Made by a program: the position numbers and the translations under genes. The notes beneath the pieces are model-generated. The model had not been told where the DNA came from, searched no databases, and worked only from the letters and a program-made list of their open reading frames with translations. Shown here piece after piece: positions 28,400 through 37,812 of a stretch of 39,559 bases of DNA. The stretch covers positions 1 through 39,559 of the forward strand of contig JBFMCE010000030.1 of the NCBI GenBank assembly GCA_040754655.1, in the 5' to 3' direction. Position 1 is the stretch's first letter. Each line of letters opens with the position of its first letter. The DNA is from Bdellovibrionota bacterium. Lineage in GTDB: Bacteria; Bdellovibrionota; UBA1018; UBA923.

Positions 28400-29125
28400 C
28401 TACTTCGCGTTAACTTCATCGCCCTCAATCAATTTATTCACTCGCGCAAGTGAATCAAAAGTTCCGGCGTCACTCCACCAGCTCTTCAACGCGCCGTACG
28501 AGAGCGTTCCTTGGCTGATATAATGATTGTTCACATCAGTGATCTCAAGCTCGCCGCGGCGCGATGGTTTTAGCGTCTTGACGATGTTGAATACTTCGCT
28601 GTCGTAAAAATAAATCCCAGTCACGGCGTAGTTGCTCTTGGGGTTCTTGGGTTTTTCTTCGATCCCAACGACACGGTCGCCCTTGAGTTCAGCAACGCCG
28701 AAGCGGTGAGGGTCAGGCACTTCCTTCAGCAAAATCCGCGCGCCCTTGCCTTGTTCTTTGAACGCCCTGACGTGGGAACCGATCTCATCTGCAAAAATAT
28801 TGTCGCCAAGAATGACCGCACACGAATCACCATGCACGAAGTGCTCAGCCAGCCCCAGGGCCTGGGCAATCCCGCCCGCCTCGTCTTGAACGCGGTAGGT
28901 GAAACGGCAGCCATAGTCTTTGCCGCTTCCAAGAAGATTCACGACATCTCCCATGTGTTCAAGGCCGGTGACGATCAAAATCTCTTGAATTCCCGCATCA
29001 ACGAACTTCTCGATGGGATAGAAAATCATCGGCTTTCTGCCTACAGGAAGAAGATGTTTATTCGTGACCTTGGTTAGCGGGAACAAACGGCTTCCGGTTC
29101 CACCGGCCAAAACGATGCCTTTCAT
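28400..29125 (-). CDS. rfbA: Glucose-1-phosphate thymidylyltransferase (short form)
   Basis: GIVLAGGTGSRLFPLT, KHLLPV, LGDNIF, EEKP, RGELEITDVN, WSDAGT. Confidence 0.9.
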   Translation of the reverse strand: MKGIVLAGGTGSRLFPLTKVTNKHLLPVGRKPMIFYPIEKFVDAGIQEILIVTGLEHMGDVVNLLGSGKDYGCRFTYRVQDEAGGIAQALGLAEHFVHGDSCAVILGDNIFADEIGSHVRAFKEQGKGARILLKEVPDPHRFGVAELKGDRVVGIEEKPKNPKSNYAVTGIYFYDSEVFNIVKTLKPSRRGELEITDVNNHYISQGTLSYGALKSWWSDAGTFDSLARVNKLIEGDEVNAK

Positions 29126-30150
29126 TATTGAATTTCTCCATAGTACTTTTGATAAAAATCACGGTAAGCGCCGCTTTTCACTTCTTCCCACCAGGCCTTG
29201 TTTTCAAGATACCAACGCACGGTGCGCTCTAAGCCGCTTTCAAATCGCACCGAAGGTTTCCACGAAAGCTCGCGTTCCGCCTTCGCGCAATCAATGGCGT
29301 AACGCCAGTCATGTCCCTTGCGGTCTTCGACATAACGAATGAGCGATTCGGGCTTGTTCAAAGTCTTCAACAAAGCTTTGACGACATCGATGTTGCGACG
29401 CTCTGAGAGCCCACCGAAATTATAGACTTCGCCCGGCTTGCCCGCTTCGAGAGCTCGCATAATGCCCTCGCAATGATCGATCACGTAAATCCAATCGCGC
29501 ACGTTTTCGCCTTTGCCATAAACCGGGAGAGGCTTGCCTTCAAGCGCGTTGGTGATCATTAACGGAATCAGCTTTTCAGGAAACTGATAAGGCCCGTAAT
29601 TGTTTGAACATCGCGTGGTGACCGCATCCAGTTTGTGAGTATGCACATAGGCGCGTACCAGCATGTCGCTCGCGGCCTTTGAAGCAGAATAGGGGCTATT
29701 CGGGGCCAAAGGCGTCTCCTCCGTAAAAGCCCCTTCATCACCGAGAGTGCCATAGACTTCGTCAGTAGAAACATGCACGAACCTCAAGCCCGGTCGCGTG
29801 AGCGCGGCATTGAGCAAAACCATCGTGCCATTGACATTGGTTTCAATGAAAGCACCCGCATCGAGGATGCTGCGATCAACATGGCTTTCAGCCGCGAAAT
29901 GAACAACAGCGTCACAGCCGGCGATCAATTCTGAAACGGCATGGGTATCATTGATGCTTCCTTTCACGAAGCGATATCGGCCAGGGAACTTCTGCTCGAT
30001 ACCCTCAAGGTTCCGCAAGTTTCCCGCATAAGTGAGCTTATCGAGATTGACGATCGAAACTTGAGCCCTGGTCTCTAGAACATGTTGAACGAAATTCGAC
30101 CCGATAAAGCCGGCGCCGCCTGTTACAAGCAATTTTCGTCGCGTAGACAT
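29125..30150 (-). CDS. rfbB: dTDP-glucose 4,6-dehydratase
   Basis: VTGGAGFIGSN, DKLTYAGN, AAESHVDRSI, STDEVYG, YSASKA, CSNNYGPYQFPEKLIP. Confidence 0.97.
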   Translation of the reverse strand: MSTRRKLLVTGGAGFIGSNFVQHVLETRAQVSIVNLDKLTYAGNLRNLEGIEQKFPGRYRFVKGSINDTHAVSELIAGCDAVVHFAAESHVDRSILDAGAFIETNVNGTMVLLNAALTRPGLRFVHVSTDEVYGTLGDEGAFTEETPLAPNSPYSASKAASDMLVRAYVHTHKLDAVTTRCSNNYGPYQFPEKLIPLMITNALEGKPLPVYGKGENVRDWIYVIDHCEGIMRALEAGKPGEVYNFGGLSERRNIDVVKALLKTLNKPESLIRYVEDRKGHDWRYAIDCAKAERELSWKPSVRFESGLERTVRWYLENKAWWEEVKSGAYRDFYQKYYGEIQ

Positions 30151-30225
30151 GAGCTGTTTATAGCCCTAACTACGCCGAAACTCAAATTTGACTTGCAGAT
30201 ACTGACCACGATACTAAGAATTTAA

Positions 30226-31212
30226 ATGTCGAGCGCAAAATCAAAGGATTCTTGGTTAAACGGCGTTACCGTCTTGGATTTATCGTCGCTACTGCCTTGT
30301 CCGTTCGCAGCCCATCTTTTGGCCAAGTTCGGAGCCAGGGTCATTAAGATCGAAAGCCCCAATCGACCTGATCCTGCACGTGAGTTTGGCTATGTTCCGC
30401 CAGGAAAAACCAGTAGCTGTTACCGTGAGATCAATGGGAACAAAGAACTCATTTGGCTTGACCTCAAGATCCAAGCCGATCGGGAAAAGCTCTATGAAAT
30501 GGTAAAAAGCGCTGACGCCATCATTGAAGGGTATCGCCCCGAAGTGCGAACACGCCTTGGCATAGAATACGACAGACTTTCTGCACTGAACCCTCGCCTC
30601 GTCTATTGCAGCGTCGCGGGCTATGATCCTGCCGGCGGTTTTAAAAACCGCGCCGGCCACGACATCAACTTCGTCTCACGGGCGGGAATCTTAGATCAAA
30701 CCCGTGATTCGCGTGGAAATTGCGTAATGCCAGGCATTCCGATCGGTGACTATGTAGTGGCTTACGCCGCAGCCTTGAGAATATCGGCGGCTCTTTATGG
30801 GGCTCGCTCGACGAGTAAGGGTTGCCACATCGAGCTCTCGATCGAAGAGGCGTTGGTGGAAGTGCAAATGCCGTTTTTGAAGGAAATCGAAGAATCCGGA
30901 GAGGTCCCGAAGGCAGGCCAAACGCTCGTCACCGGCAAATACCCTTGTTATCGGCTGTATGCATTAGAAGGCGGGACCTTCGCTTTGGGAGCCCTCGAAC
31001 CGAAATTCTGGCAAATCTTCTGTACGACTATCGAACGAGAAGATTTGATCGAAAGGCAATTTTCCACCGGCGATGAAGGCGCGAGGGTGTGTGAACAGGT
31101 TACCCGTTCCCTTGAAATGAAACCGTTTCAAAAATGGCTAGAGATTTTCAAACAGGTGGATTGCTGCATTGAACCCGTGCTGACCGCAAAGGAAGTATTA
31201 GATGGCATATAA
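30226..31212 (+). CDS. CoA-transferase family III (CaiB/BaiF/AMACR-like)
   Basis: VLDLSSLLP, GARVIKIE, EGYRP, NPRLVYCS, GHDINF, GALEPKFW. Confidence 0.9.
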   Translation: MSSAKSKDSWLNGVTVLDLSSLLPCPFAAHLLAKFGARVIKIESPNRPDPAREFGYVPPGKTSSCYREINGNKELIWLDLKIQADREKLYEMVKSADAIIEGYRPEVRTRLGIEYDRLSALNPRLVYCSVAGYDPAGGFKNRAGHDINFVSRAGILDQTRDSRGNCVMPGIPIGDYVVAYAAALRISAALYGARSTSKGCHIELSIEEALVEVQMPFLKEIEESGEVPKAGQTLVTGKYPCYRLYALEGGTFALGALEPKFWQIFCTTIEREDLIERQFSTGDEGARVCEQVTRSLEMKPFQKWLEIFKQVDCCIEPVLTAKEVLDGI

Positions 31213-31771
31213 TCCGCGTGATTTTTATTTCAAAAAAGCCAAGGAAAAGAACTTTGCCGCGCGATCGGTCTTCAAACTTGAAGAGCTTGATCAGCGTTTT
31301 AAGATTTTTAGGCCCAGTAACAAGGTGTTGGACTTGGGATGCGCACCCGGCAGTTGGACCCAATATGCCAGCCAAAAAATTGGCAGAAACGGCCGCTGTA
31401 TCGGCATTGATCTCCAGAAAGTGAATTTGGTTCTTCCCAACGCGGAGTTCATCCACGGTGATGCCTTCGACCCGGCGTTGATTCCTGACAATGATTTTGA
31501 CGTCGTCATGAGTGACATGGCCCCTAAGACCACCGGCATTCGCATTCAAGATCAGCAGAGGTCTTTTGAGCTCGCAAAACGAGCCTTAGATGTCGCAAAG
31601 CTCAGACTGCGCGTGGGAGGGCATTTCATCGTGAAACTCTTTCAAAGCGATGCTTTCGAGGAATACCTGCGCCTGGTGAAACCCCTTTTCAGCAAGCTCG
31701 AACTGATGCGGCCAAAGAGCACCCGCAAATCAAGCTATGAAATTTACATCATTGGGCTGAAGAAGTTATGA
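31202..31771 (+). CDS. rlmE: 23S rRNA (U2552-2'-O)-methyltransferase RlmE/FtsJ
   Basis: ARSVFKLEE, VLDLGCAPGSW, SDMAPKTTG, VKLF, STRKSSYEIY. Confidence 0.94.
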   Translation: MAYNPRDFYFKKAKEKNFAARSVFKLEELDQRFKIFRPSNKVLDLGCAPGSWTQYASQKIGRNGRCIGIDLQKVNLVLPNAEFIHGDAFDPALIPDNDFDVVMSDMAPKTTGIRIQDQQRSFELAKRALDVAKLRLRVGGHFIVKLFQSDAFEEYLRLVKPLFSKLELMRPKSTRKSSYEIYIIGLKKL

Positions 31772-32442
31772 GCCGATCGAAATTTCACGTATCCACCAAT
31801 CTTGCCATTTCTTTTGACGGGAAAATAACTACAAAAGACCGTGTTGAAATGGTTCCCTCGAAGTCTGATTTCAAATTGATGAACCTGCACCGAGCAAAGG
31901 CGGACGCGGTGATTTATGGGGCGACCACCCTGCGCGCCTCTGAAGGACGGGCCGTCATGGTCGACTCAAAACTGCTTCCAACCTCGTTAAGATCGAAGAA
32001 AAAAGACTTCCAACCGATCAACGTGGTTTTAACCACCAATCCTGACTTTGACCTCAAATGGGATTTCTTCAAGGCTCCGATTGAACGTGTTTTTATTGCA
32101 CCAAGGTCGGTTCCCGAAAAATCATTCCGTCGCTTTGGGAGCCTAGCGAAAATCCTCCGTTATAATGAAACGCCTGACTACCCAAAGCAGATTATTGGTT
32201 TTCTTAAAAGCCTTGGGTGCAAGAATGCCCTTCTCGAGGGCGGTGGCGGCATCATGTTCCCGTGGGTTGAGAATGATTTGATCGATGAATGGAATGTCAC
32301 GATTTCACCCAAAGTCATTGGTGGCAAAGACGCCCCTACGATGGTGGAAGGTGAGGGCTTCGACGCCAGCCGCATCCGTTCGTACCGCCTCATGAAGTGT
32401 CAGCGCAAAGGAAACGATGTTTTTTTGGTTTATCGAAAGTAA
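31768..32442 (+). CDS. RibD C-terminal (DHFR-like) reductase family protein
   Basis: AISFDGKI, RAKADAVIYGATT, LLEGGG, LIDE, SPKVIGG. Confidence 0.88.
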   Translation: MSRSKFHVSTNLAISFDGKITTKDRVEMVPSKSDFKLMNLHRAKADAVIYGATTLRASEGRAVMVDSKLLPTSLRSKKKDFQPINVVLTTNPDFDLKWDFFKAPIERVFIAPRSVPEKSFRRFGSLAKILRYNETPDYPKQIIGFLKSLGCKNALLEGGGGIMFPWVENDLIDEWNVTISPKVIGGKDAPTMVEGEGFDASRIRSYRLMKCQRKGNDVFLVYRK

Positions 32443-32462
32443 GCTTTAAGAAGCTGAAGCCT

Positions 32463-32846
32463 TCAAGTCGCCACGAACTCAGCCAACTCGTCGAGTAAGT
32501 GCAAAAACTTCACAAAAACCTTATAAGACTTTGTCCCCGTATCCACAAATTCACAGCCTAACCTTACATTCTCGCCCTCTGGCAGAACGTGAAGGATCTT
32601 AAAGCTCAGCGGAAACCTCAACGTCGGATTGATGTAGAAAAAGCACTCAACAACCTGCCCTGATGAGAACGAATCCGTGGGCTCTGCGTAAAAACCCAAG
32701 CCCCCCTCGCTGACATCTTTCAAATAGATCTTGCGCAATCCTACCTGCGGAATCACGAGAAACATGTGAAAAGTTTCAAGCACGTCTTTTCTCACTGTAC
32801 GACGGCGCTCTTCGCCTGATCTGGTTTCTTTGCCTTTATTTTTCAT
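32463..32846 (-). CDS. Stand-alone PilZ-domain protein
   Basis: ERRRTVRK, KDVSEGGL, LGCEF; ATGA overlap with the upstream GYF gene. Confidence 0.85.
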   Translation of the reverse strand: MKNKGKETRSGEERRRTVRKDVLETFHMFLVIPQVGLRKIYLKDVSEGGLGFYAEPTDSFSSGQVVECFFYINPTLRFPLSFKILHVLPEGENVRLGCEFVDTGTKSYKVFVKFLHLLDELAEFVAT

Positions 32847-34468
32847 TGATTCACCTTCGTGACGGCTTCTTTCAACGCGTTCAATGCATTCAAGGTATAA
32901 GCGGCGCTCTCGGTGACAAACTCTATTTTTCCGCCTTTTTCCAGATATTGCGTTTGCAACTGATGAAGCTGTTCGGTGAACTCAAAAGCCTTCGCAGCCT
33001 GGGTGTGCAGATCGGGAAAGAACAAAGTCGCCCGCGCAGACCCATCCGCCGTCTTCGCAATGACTGATCGGATTTGATTCGACATTTGGCTGTACTTTAC
33101 ATGGTATTGGTTCCACTGAGACTTTCGCTTCCGTACGGCCGAAACTTTGGCTAACGACTGAAACTTAGTGGCGCTTTCGTTGGCCATGCTATCGAGGGTT
33201 TCCGTAAGCTGTCGCAACAATCCCAGTTCCTCTGACTTGCGCGCCCGGATTCTCTCGTTGAATTCATTCAACCGGGTCGCGTAGGCGGCGTCTCTCTTTC
33301 CGCCCAGGAAATATTCTCTCACGACCTGCGGTTCGGGCTGACCACGCCGGGTGATCGCCAGAGTGTACTCACCCTTGGGAAGAGGCTTGCCGTCTTCAAA
33401 AACGAACTTTGAAGTTTGTGCCACGCCTTTGAGGAATTGCGCAGCGCTAGTCTTCTCATAACCGGTTGCATTCAATAGTGTGCCTTCTTTTCCTCGAAGG
33501 GTTATTTCGACCTGAGTTCCGTCAGGAGCATTCGAGGCTAGGACGAACGAGGGATTAAGTTCCTCGCCCGATGGCAAAGCCGAAGCAAACCGTATGCCTA
33601 GAGTTGCGTCCGCGAGCGCCGCTTCTCGCAGTAGAGAGCTATCCTCGGCTGTAAGCCCTTCAGGAAGGGCGACAGGCGAGAGAAATGCCTTCGCAGGCTC
33701 TGGAAGCAAGGCTACCGCCTTGTAGTAATGAGGTTTGATCTCCTTGGTAAACAAGTCCATCGGAAGAGGGGGCAGCCCCAACGACCGTCCAATGAGCGAA
33801 TCAAATCTTCCCTGGCTCGCAAAATGATAAGTCGCCACCAGAACACCCAATACGACAAGCTTTGAAACGAATCCTAATTTGAACTTGTTCTTCTGGCGCG
33901 TTTTCGAAGCGCCCGTCAATCCAAGGGCCGATGCAGAAGAAGCCTTTTCCCTTTTCGCCTTACCAAAAAAACCCTTCTTCTCTTTTTTCCCTTCAACTTT
34001 ATCGGCCTCTACTTGAGCGACAACTTCAGGGATATCGGAAAGCGTCAAAAACTTCGTTAGACCCTCTCTCCAAACAGAGTCTTTCAGCGAGGCTTCTCCG
34101 TCAGCCACCATGCTCGCAATTGATTTCAACGAGAAAGGGCCTGAGAATTTTTTCCTCGAATTCAAACACCAGGCGTTCTCATCAAGATTCATCGAAACCG
34201 AGGTCTGAGTTTGAACCGGGGTCACTTTCTTCGGAGCATTGGCCGGAACACTGACATTAAACGATGGCACTCCATGGCCGTCGCTCTTCGGTCCGCCCGA
34301 TCCAAACTCCTTCGCATCGCTCATCATCACCCAGTCAGCGTAGCCCTCTCTCCAGACAAAGCTGTTCGGCAGCGCCTCCCCTTTATTGACAAGCTCTTTG
34401 ACTTCACTTGCGGTAAAAGGGCCCTCATGATGATCAACAACATAGAGAAACCATTCTTTTTGTTCCAT
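32843..34468 (-). CDS. Membrane protein with two GYF_2 (DUF4339) domains
   Basis: EWF..GPF..VWREGYADW and AWC..GPFS..VWREGL; K-rich linker, one TM helix, large C-terminal domain. Confidence 0.8.
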   Translation of the reverse strand: MEQKEWFLYVVDHHEGPFTASEVKELVNKGEALPNSFVWREGYADWVMMSDAKEFGSGGPKSDGHGVPSFNVSVPANAPKKVTPVQTQTSVSMNLDENAWCLNSRKKFSGPFSLKSIASMVADGEASLKDSVWREGLTKFLTLSDIPEVVAQVEADKVEGKKEKKGFFGKAKREKASSASALGLTGASKTRQKNKFKLGFVSKLVVLGVLVATYHFASQGRFDSLIGRSLGLPPLPMDLFTKEIKPHYYKAVALLPEPAKAFLSPVALPEGLTAEDSSLLREAALADATLGIRFASALPSGEELNPSFVLASNAPDGTQVEITLRGKEGTLLNATGYEKTSAAQFLKGVAQTSKFVFEDGKPLPKGEYTLAITRRGQPEPQVVREYFLGGKRDAAYATRLNEFNERIRARKSEELGLLRQLTETLDSMANESATKFQSLAKVSAVRKRKSQWNQYHVKYSQMSNQIRSVIAKTADGSARATLFFPDLHTQAAKAFEFTEQLHQLQTQYLEKGGKIEFVTESAAYTLNALNALKEAVTKVNQ

Positions 34469-34497
34469 AGTTAAGGTTCATTATAATCGGGGGCAAG

Positions 34498-35481
34498 ATG
34501 GTTAAAAAGGTTAAAGACCACTGGATTGTCGATCAAGTTCCGGCCGGTCGAGCTGGGCAAAATGCTCCTGTTGCAACCGCGACCCTGCTTGGAGCTGCTG
34601 ATGACCGCGGTGTGCTCAATGTGGGAGGAAGACTAGGAGCTGGCCATGGCCCGCAGGCAGTGCGCCAAATGCTCTCGACATTCTTATTAGGAATAGACGG
34701 ATCCCTCCAAAAAATCACACTGGCCTACGGCCACGACATTACGCTTGGAGCGACAATCGAATCAGGTCACCAAGAAATGAGACGTTGCGTCAAGAGCTCA
34801 TTAATTGCTCATGAGTATCCCATCGTTTTAGGAGGAGGGCACGATTACGGTTATCCTCACGTGGCTGGTGCCCACGACGCGTTTAATGGGCGCATAGCGT
34901 TAATAAATATAGATGCACATCTTGACGTCAGACCTCCCTCTTCTGAGGGGATCACAAGCGGGTCTCCATTTTATCTTGCACTAGAAGAACCTGTGGTAGC
35001 GGCTGAGAACTTCGTCGAGTTCGGGATCCAAGAACATTGCAATGACGAGAGCTACCACCGTTACCTGGTTGAGAAGCGAGCGAAGGTCATGCGCCTTGAT
35101 GAAACCCGCCAAAAAGGCGGAGTTGCGTTTAACTTTGAAAAACTTATCAGTACGCTGGCACGAAAGAATCTCAAGATCGTCGTAAGTTTTGATGTCGATG
35201 CCGTACAGATGGCCCATGCTCCAGGAGTATCAGCGCCGCAAAGCGAAGGTTTTACTTCAGAGGAATTCCTAGCGATGGCGAGGATCTGCGGAGAGAGTTC
35301 GGCGGTAGCCACGATCGGTTTTTTCGAGCTTGCCCCGCCTTTAGACGAAAACCAGAAAACAACGCGGCTTGTGGCGACCGCGATTCACCGTTATTTGTCT
35401 GCGCTTAGCCGGCGTTTTGACCCGACCGCCCACCAGAAGAACGTGAGCCCCGTGCGCCGCTTGTTGAAGCGACGGAAGTAG
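34498..35481 (+). CDS. hutG: Formimidoylglutamase (arginase family)
   Basis: GRLGAGHGP, GGGHD, NIDAHLDVR, SGSPF, SFDVDA, APGVSAP, ELAP. Confidence 0.85.
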   Translation: MVKKVKDHWIVDQVPAGRAGQNAPVATATLLGAADDRGVLNVGGRLGAGHGPQAVRQMLSTFLLGIDGSLQKITLAYGHDITLGATIESGHQEMRRCVKSSLIAHEYPIVLGGGHDYGYPHVAGAHDAFNGRIALINIDAHLDVRPPSSEGITSGSPFYLALEEPVVAAENFVEFGIQEHCNDESYHRYLVEKRAKVMRLDETRQKGGVAFNFEKLISTLARKNLKIVVSFDVDAVQMAHAPGVSAPQSEGFTSEEFLAMARICGESSAVATIGFFELAPPLDENQKTTRLVATAIHRYLSALSRRFDPTAHQKNVSPVRRLLKRRK

Positions 35482-36529
35482 GATTCATGGACTGAAGCCT
35501 TTGCTGAACTGAGGCAAGATGGTCGAAGATGCATGATCCATTTCGCGAGCTGACCAATTCTCGGGAACTCGCAGCGAGTTGATTGATCTCCTGCATGATG
35601 ACATGGAAAACGCGGTAAGATTCCGCATTGCGGGCCGCTTCGACAGATCCATTGATGGCAAGCAGGCGTATCTGAACGAGCATCTCATCTAAGTTTGAAG
35701 ACTTCTGATGGACAGCATCGACATTGCGAGAGAGCTCGTCGAGTGAAGCGCCAATCTCGGTTGAAAGCGTTTGTATTGATGAAAGTTGGCCTCGAACGGC
35801 GTTCTGAAAATCTTCCCCGCTTCCACTCTCCCTTGAATCACCTGCAGCATCGTCAAGGGCCCTGGTCCAAAACCATCCGAATGCAAAGAGCAGGAAAAAT
35901 CCATATGCACCGATAAGCAGGGCCGTATTTTCCCACTCGCGGATGTCATCTCGAACATAAGACGTAACTTGAAGTGCGGCAGTATTTCGCGAAGGCAAGA
36001 CATAAAAAGTACGCGCCCATCCTTCAGCTTCGTCGGTTACCGTCCAACCGCGAGGGCGGTTTTTCAAAACCTCAAAAATCCGTCGCTCGGCTTCGGCGTC
36101 AACTGCGCCATCGAGCACCACATTCACGCGATGGTAAGGAAATTGTCTACGCGTTTCCCTTAGAGCAAGCCAATAAGGCGAATTTGCCACCGAGTTTGCC
36201 TCCGTCAATTTGGAGGCTTCGGTTTTAGACGCACCATCGGCCTTGGGTTCGATATTAGATTCGACCGAAGCATCGGCTGCGGAAGCACTCTGAGCCGCAG
36301 GTTTCCGAGAACGCTCTACGGTCTGCAGATAAGCGGTATACACCTTGTTGTGATGCCGAATCGCGGTATCCATCACCTGGCGACGCGCGAGCATCCCGAC
36401 GCAGTATAAAGTGACGTTTCCCATCAACAATGCGAACAAAAACAGCTTCACAAAACGCTTTCTCGTCCAAAAGCGCGTGATCGTTCTCATTAAAGATGCT
36501 TTTGAGGCTTCTGCCCGCATTGGAAACAC
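35405..36529 (-). CDS. Truncated or degenerate methyl-accepting chemotaxis-like membrane protein
   Basis: Two TM helices around an extracytoplasmic domain; QIRLLAINGSVEAAR..FHVIMQEINQLA resembles the MCP hairpin tip. Start uncertain. Confidence 0.7.
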   Translation of the reverse strand: MFPMRAEASKASLMRTITRFWTRKRFVKLFLFALLMGNVTLYCVGMLARRQVMDTAIRHHNKVYTAYLQTVERSRKPAAQSASAADASVESNIEPKADGASKTEASKLTEANSVANSPYWLALRETRRQFPYHRVNVVLDGAVDAEAERRIFEVLKNRPRGWTVTDEAEGWARTFYVLPSRNTAALQVTSYVRDDIREWENTALLIGAYGFFLLFAFGWFWTRALDDAAGDSRESGSGEDFQNAVRGQLSSIQTLSTEIGASLDELSRNVDAVHQKSSNLDEMLVQIRLLAINGSVEAARNAESYRVFHVIMQEINQLAASSRELVSSRNGSCIFDHLASVQQRLQSMNPTSVASTSGARGSRSSGGRSGQNAG

Positions 36530-36547
36530 CAGCTCCCTTCAAGGCTC

Positions 36548-36619
36548 CTATCGACGAGATCTTCTTGGAACTAAAGGGAAAATCTTACCTCTTCAGCCCC
36601 TGTGTCTTTTAGTCGAAAC
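36548..36619. promoter_or_regulatory. Back-to-back candidate sigma28/FliA-like promoters
   Basis: Minus strand TTAG-N15-GTCGATAG (36574-36548); plus strand TCAG-N15-GTCGAAAC (36593-36619); consensus is TAAA-N15-GCCGATAA. Confidence 0.35.
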
Positions 36620-36641
36620 AATTCGTGGAGGATCTTCAACA

Positions 36642-37118
36642 ATGAGCAAAAAAGACGTCGGAAACACGGAAGGCCGAGTCATCAACTTCAGCAAGGCAAG
36701 AGAAGCCAAGATCGAAGAGCGCCGCAGGAAGTACGAGCGCATCTTATTCAAACACATCCTCGGTGTATATTGCGTAGCCGAGGGAAAAGGACTGCAAGCA
36801 GTAGAACTTGTTGATGTGAGCGAAGAGGGCCTAAGCTTTCAGCTGCCCCACAATTCAAAAAGCCTTGAAAACATCGAGGCCAATACCCCGGTTACGTTTC
36901 GATTCTACTTCAGCCAAGAGACTTTTTTGCCGATCACGGTCAAGATTCAACATGGCCGAGATTGCATTGAAAACGGCCAGAAGTACGTTCGCTTCGGTAC
37001 GCAAGTCGACACGACTTCTCAAAGCTACGAAACCTATAAGCTGTTTGTGATGTTTCTTTCAAAGTATGCTGAAACGTCGCAACAAGACACGGGTGATCTG
37101 AAGTTCTTTTTCTTTTAG
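36642..37118 (+). CDS. PilZ-domain protein
   Basis: GGAGGA RBS before ATG 36642; ERRRKYERI, VDVSEEGL, RFG. Confidence 0.82.
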   Translation: MSKKDVGNTEGRVINFSKAREAKIEERRRKYERILFKHILGVYCVAEGKGLQAVELVDVSEEGLSFQLPHNSKSLENIEANTPVTFRFYFSQETFLPITVKIQHGRDCIENGQKYVRFGTQVDTTSQSYETYKLFVMFLSKYAETSQQDTGDLKFFFF

Positions 37119-37188
37119 TATCAAAAACTTACAAGTTCTTGTCACACAGAAACCAAGGCTGTGCTAAACAGTAATGTACTGAATTCAG

Positions 37189-37797
37189 ATGGATAATATA
37201 GTCGAATTCTTACTCTACATGCAGGGGCCTGTTCCTTACATCGCGGCATTCACCGTGCTGTTGCTGTGCGGCTTAGGTCTTCCAATTCCAGAAGACATCA
37301 CCCTCTTTGCCATGGGCCTTCTGTCTTACTATGGCTTGGTAGATTTCAAGCTGAGCATCGTGGTTTGCATGGTCGGCGTTCTATTCGGTGACTCTGTCAT
37401 CTACTTTATTGGGCGAAAGTACGGATTAAAACTCACCCAGCGGGGGATATTCGCAAAGGTTCTGCCCCCTGACCGCATGGAACGTGTCAGAGAAATGTTC
37501 TTGAAGTGGGGGAATAAAGTGATTTTCGCCGCACGGTTCATGCCTGGCCTTCGCGCTCCGACTTATTTTTCGGCCGGCACGTTGCACCTTCCCTTTCGCA
37601 TTTTCTTCTTTTATGACGGATTGGCTTCTATCTTGTCAGTACCTCTGCTGGTCGGGGTCGTGTACTACTTCGGCGATCACGTTGACCGGGTAATTCAAGT
37701 TGCTCGCCAAGTGCAAAACGGCATTGTCTTTCTCATACTGGCGATCATTGCTGTTTTTGTCATCAAACACAAAATCGCCAAACGCAAAAAGCCTTAA
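37189..37797 (+). CDS. DedA-family membrane protein
   Basis: GLGLPIPED, GDSVIYFIGRKYG, ARFMPGLR. Confidence 0.93.
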   Translation: MDNIVEFLLYMQGPVPYIAAFTVLLLCGLGLPIPEDITLFAMGLLSYYGLVDFKLSIVVCMVGVLFGDSVIYFIGRKYGLKLTQRGIFAKVLPPDRMERVREMFLKWGNKVIFAARFMPGLRAPTYFSAGTLHLPFRIFFFYDGLASILSVPLLVGVVYYFGDHVDRVIQVARQVQNGIVFLILAIIAVFVIKHKIAKRKKP

Positions 37798-37812
37798 GAG
37801 CTCGTTGCAAAA

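Noticed and set aside
36411..36641. Extended N-terminus of the PilZ ORF
   Set aside because: It overlaps the divergent MCP-like gene; GGAGGA supports ATG 36642.
37119..37131. Exact IHF consensus TATCAAAAACTTA
   Set aside because: A single degenerate 13-mer in an AT-rich spacer with no associated sigma54 promoter or recombination site.
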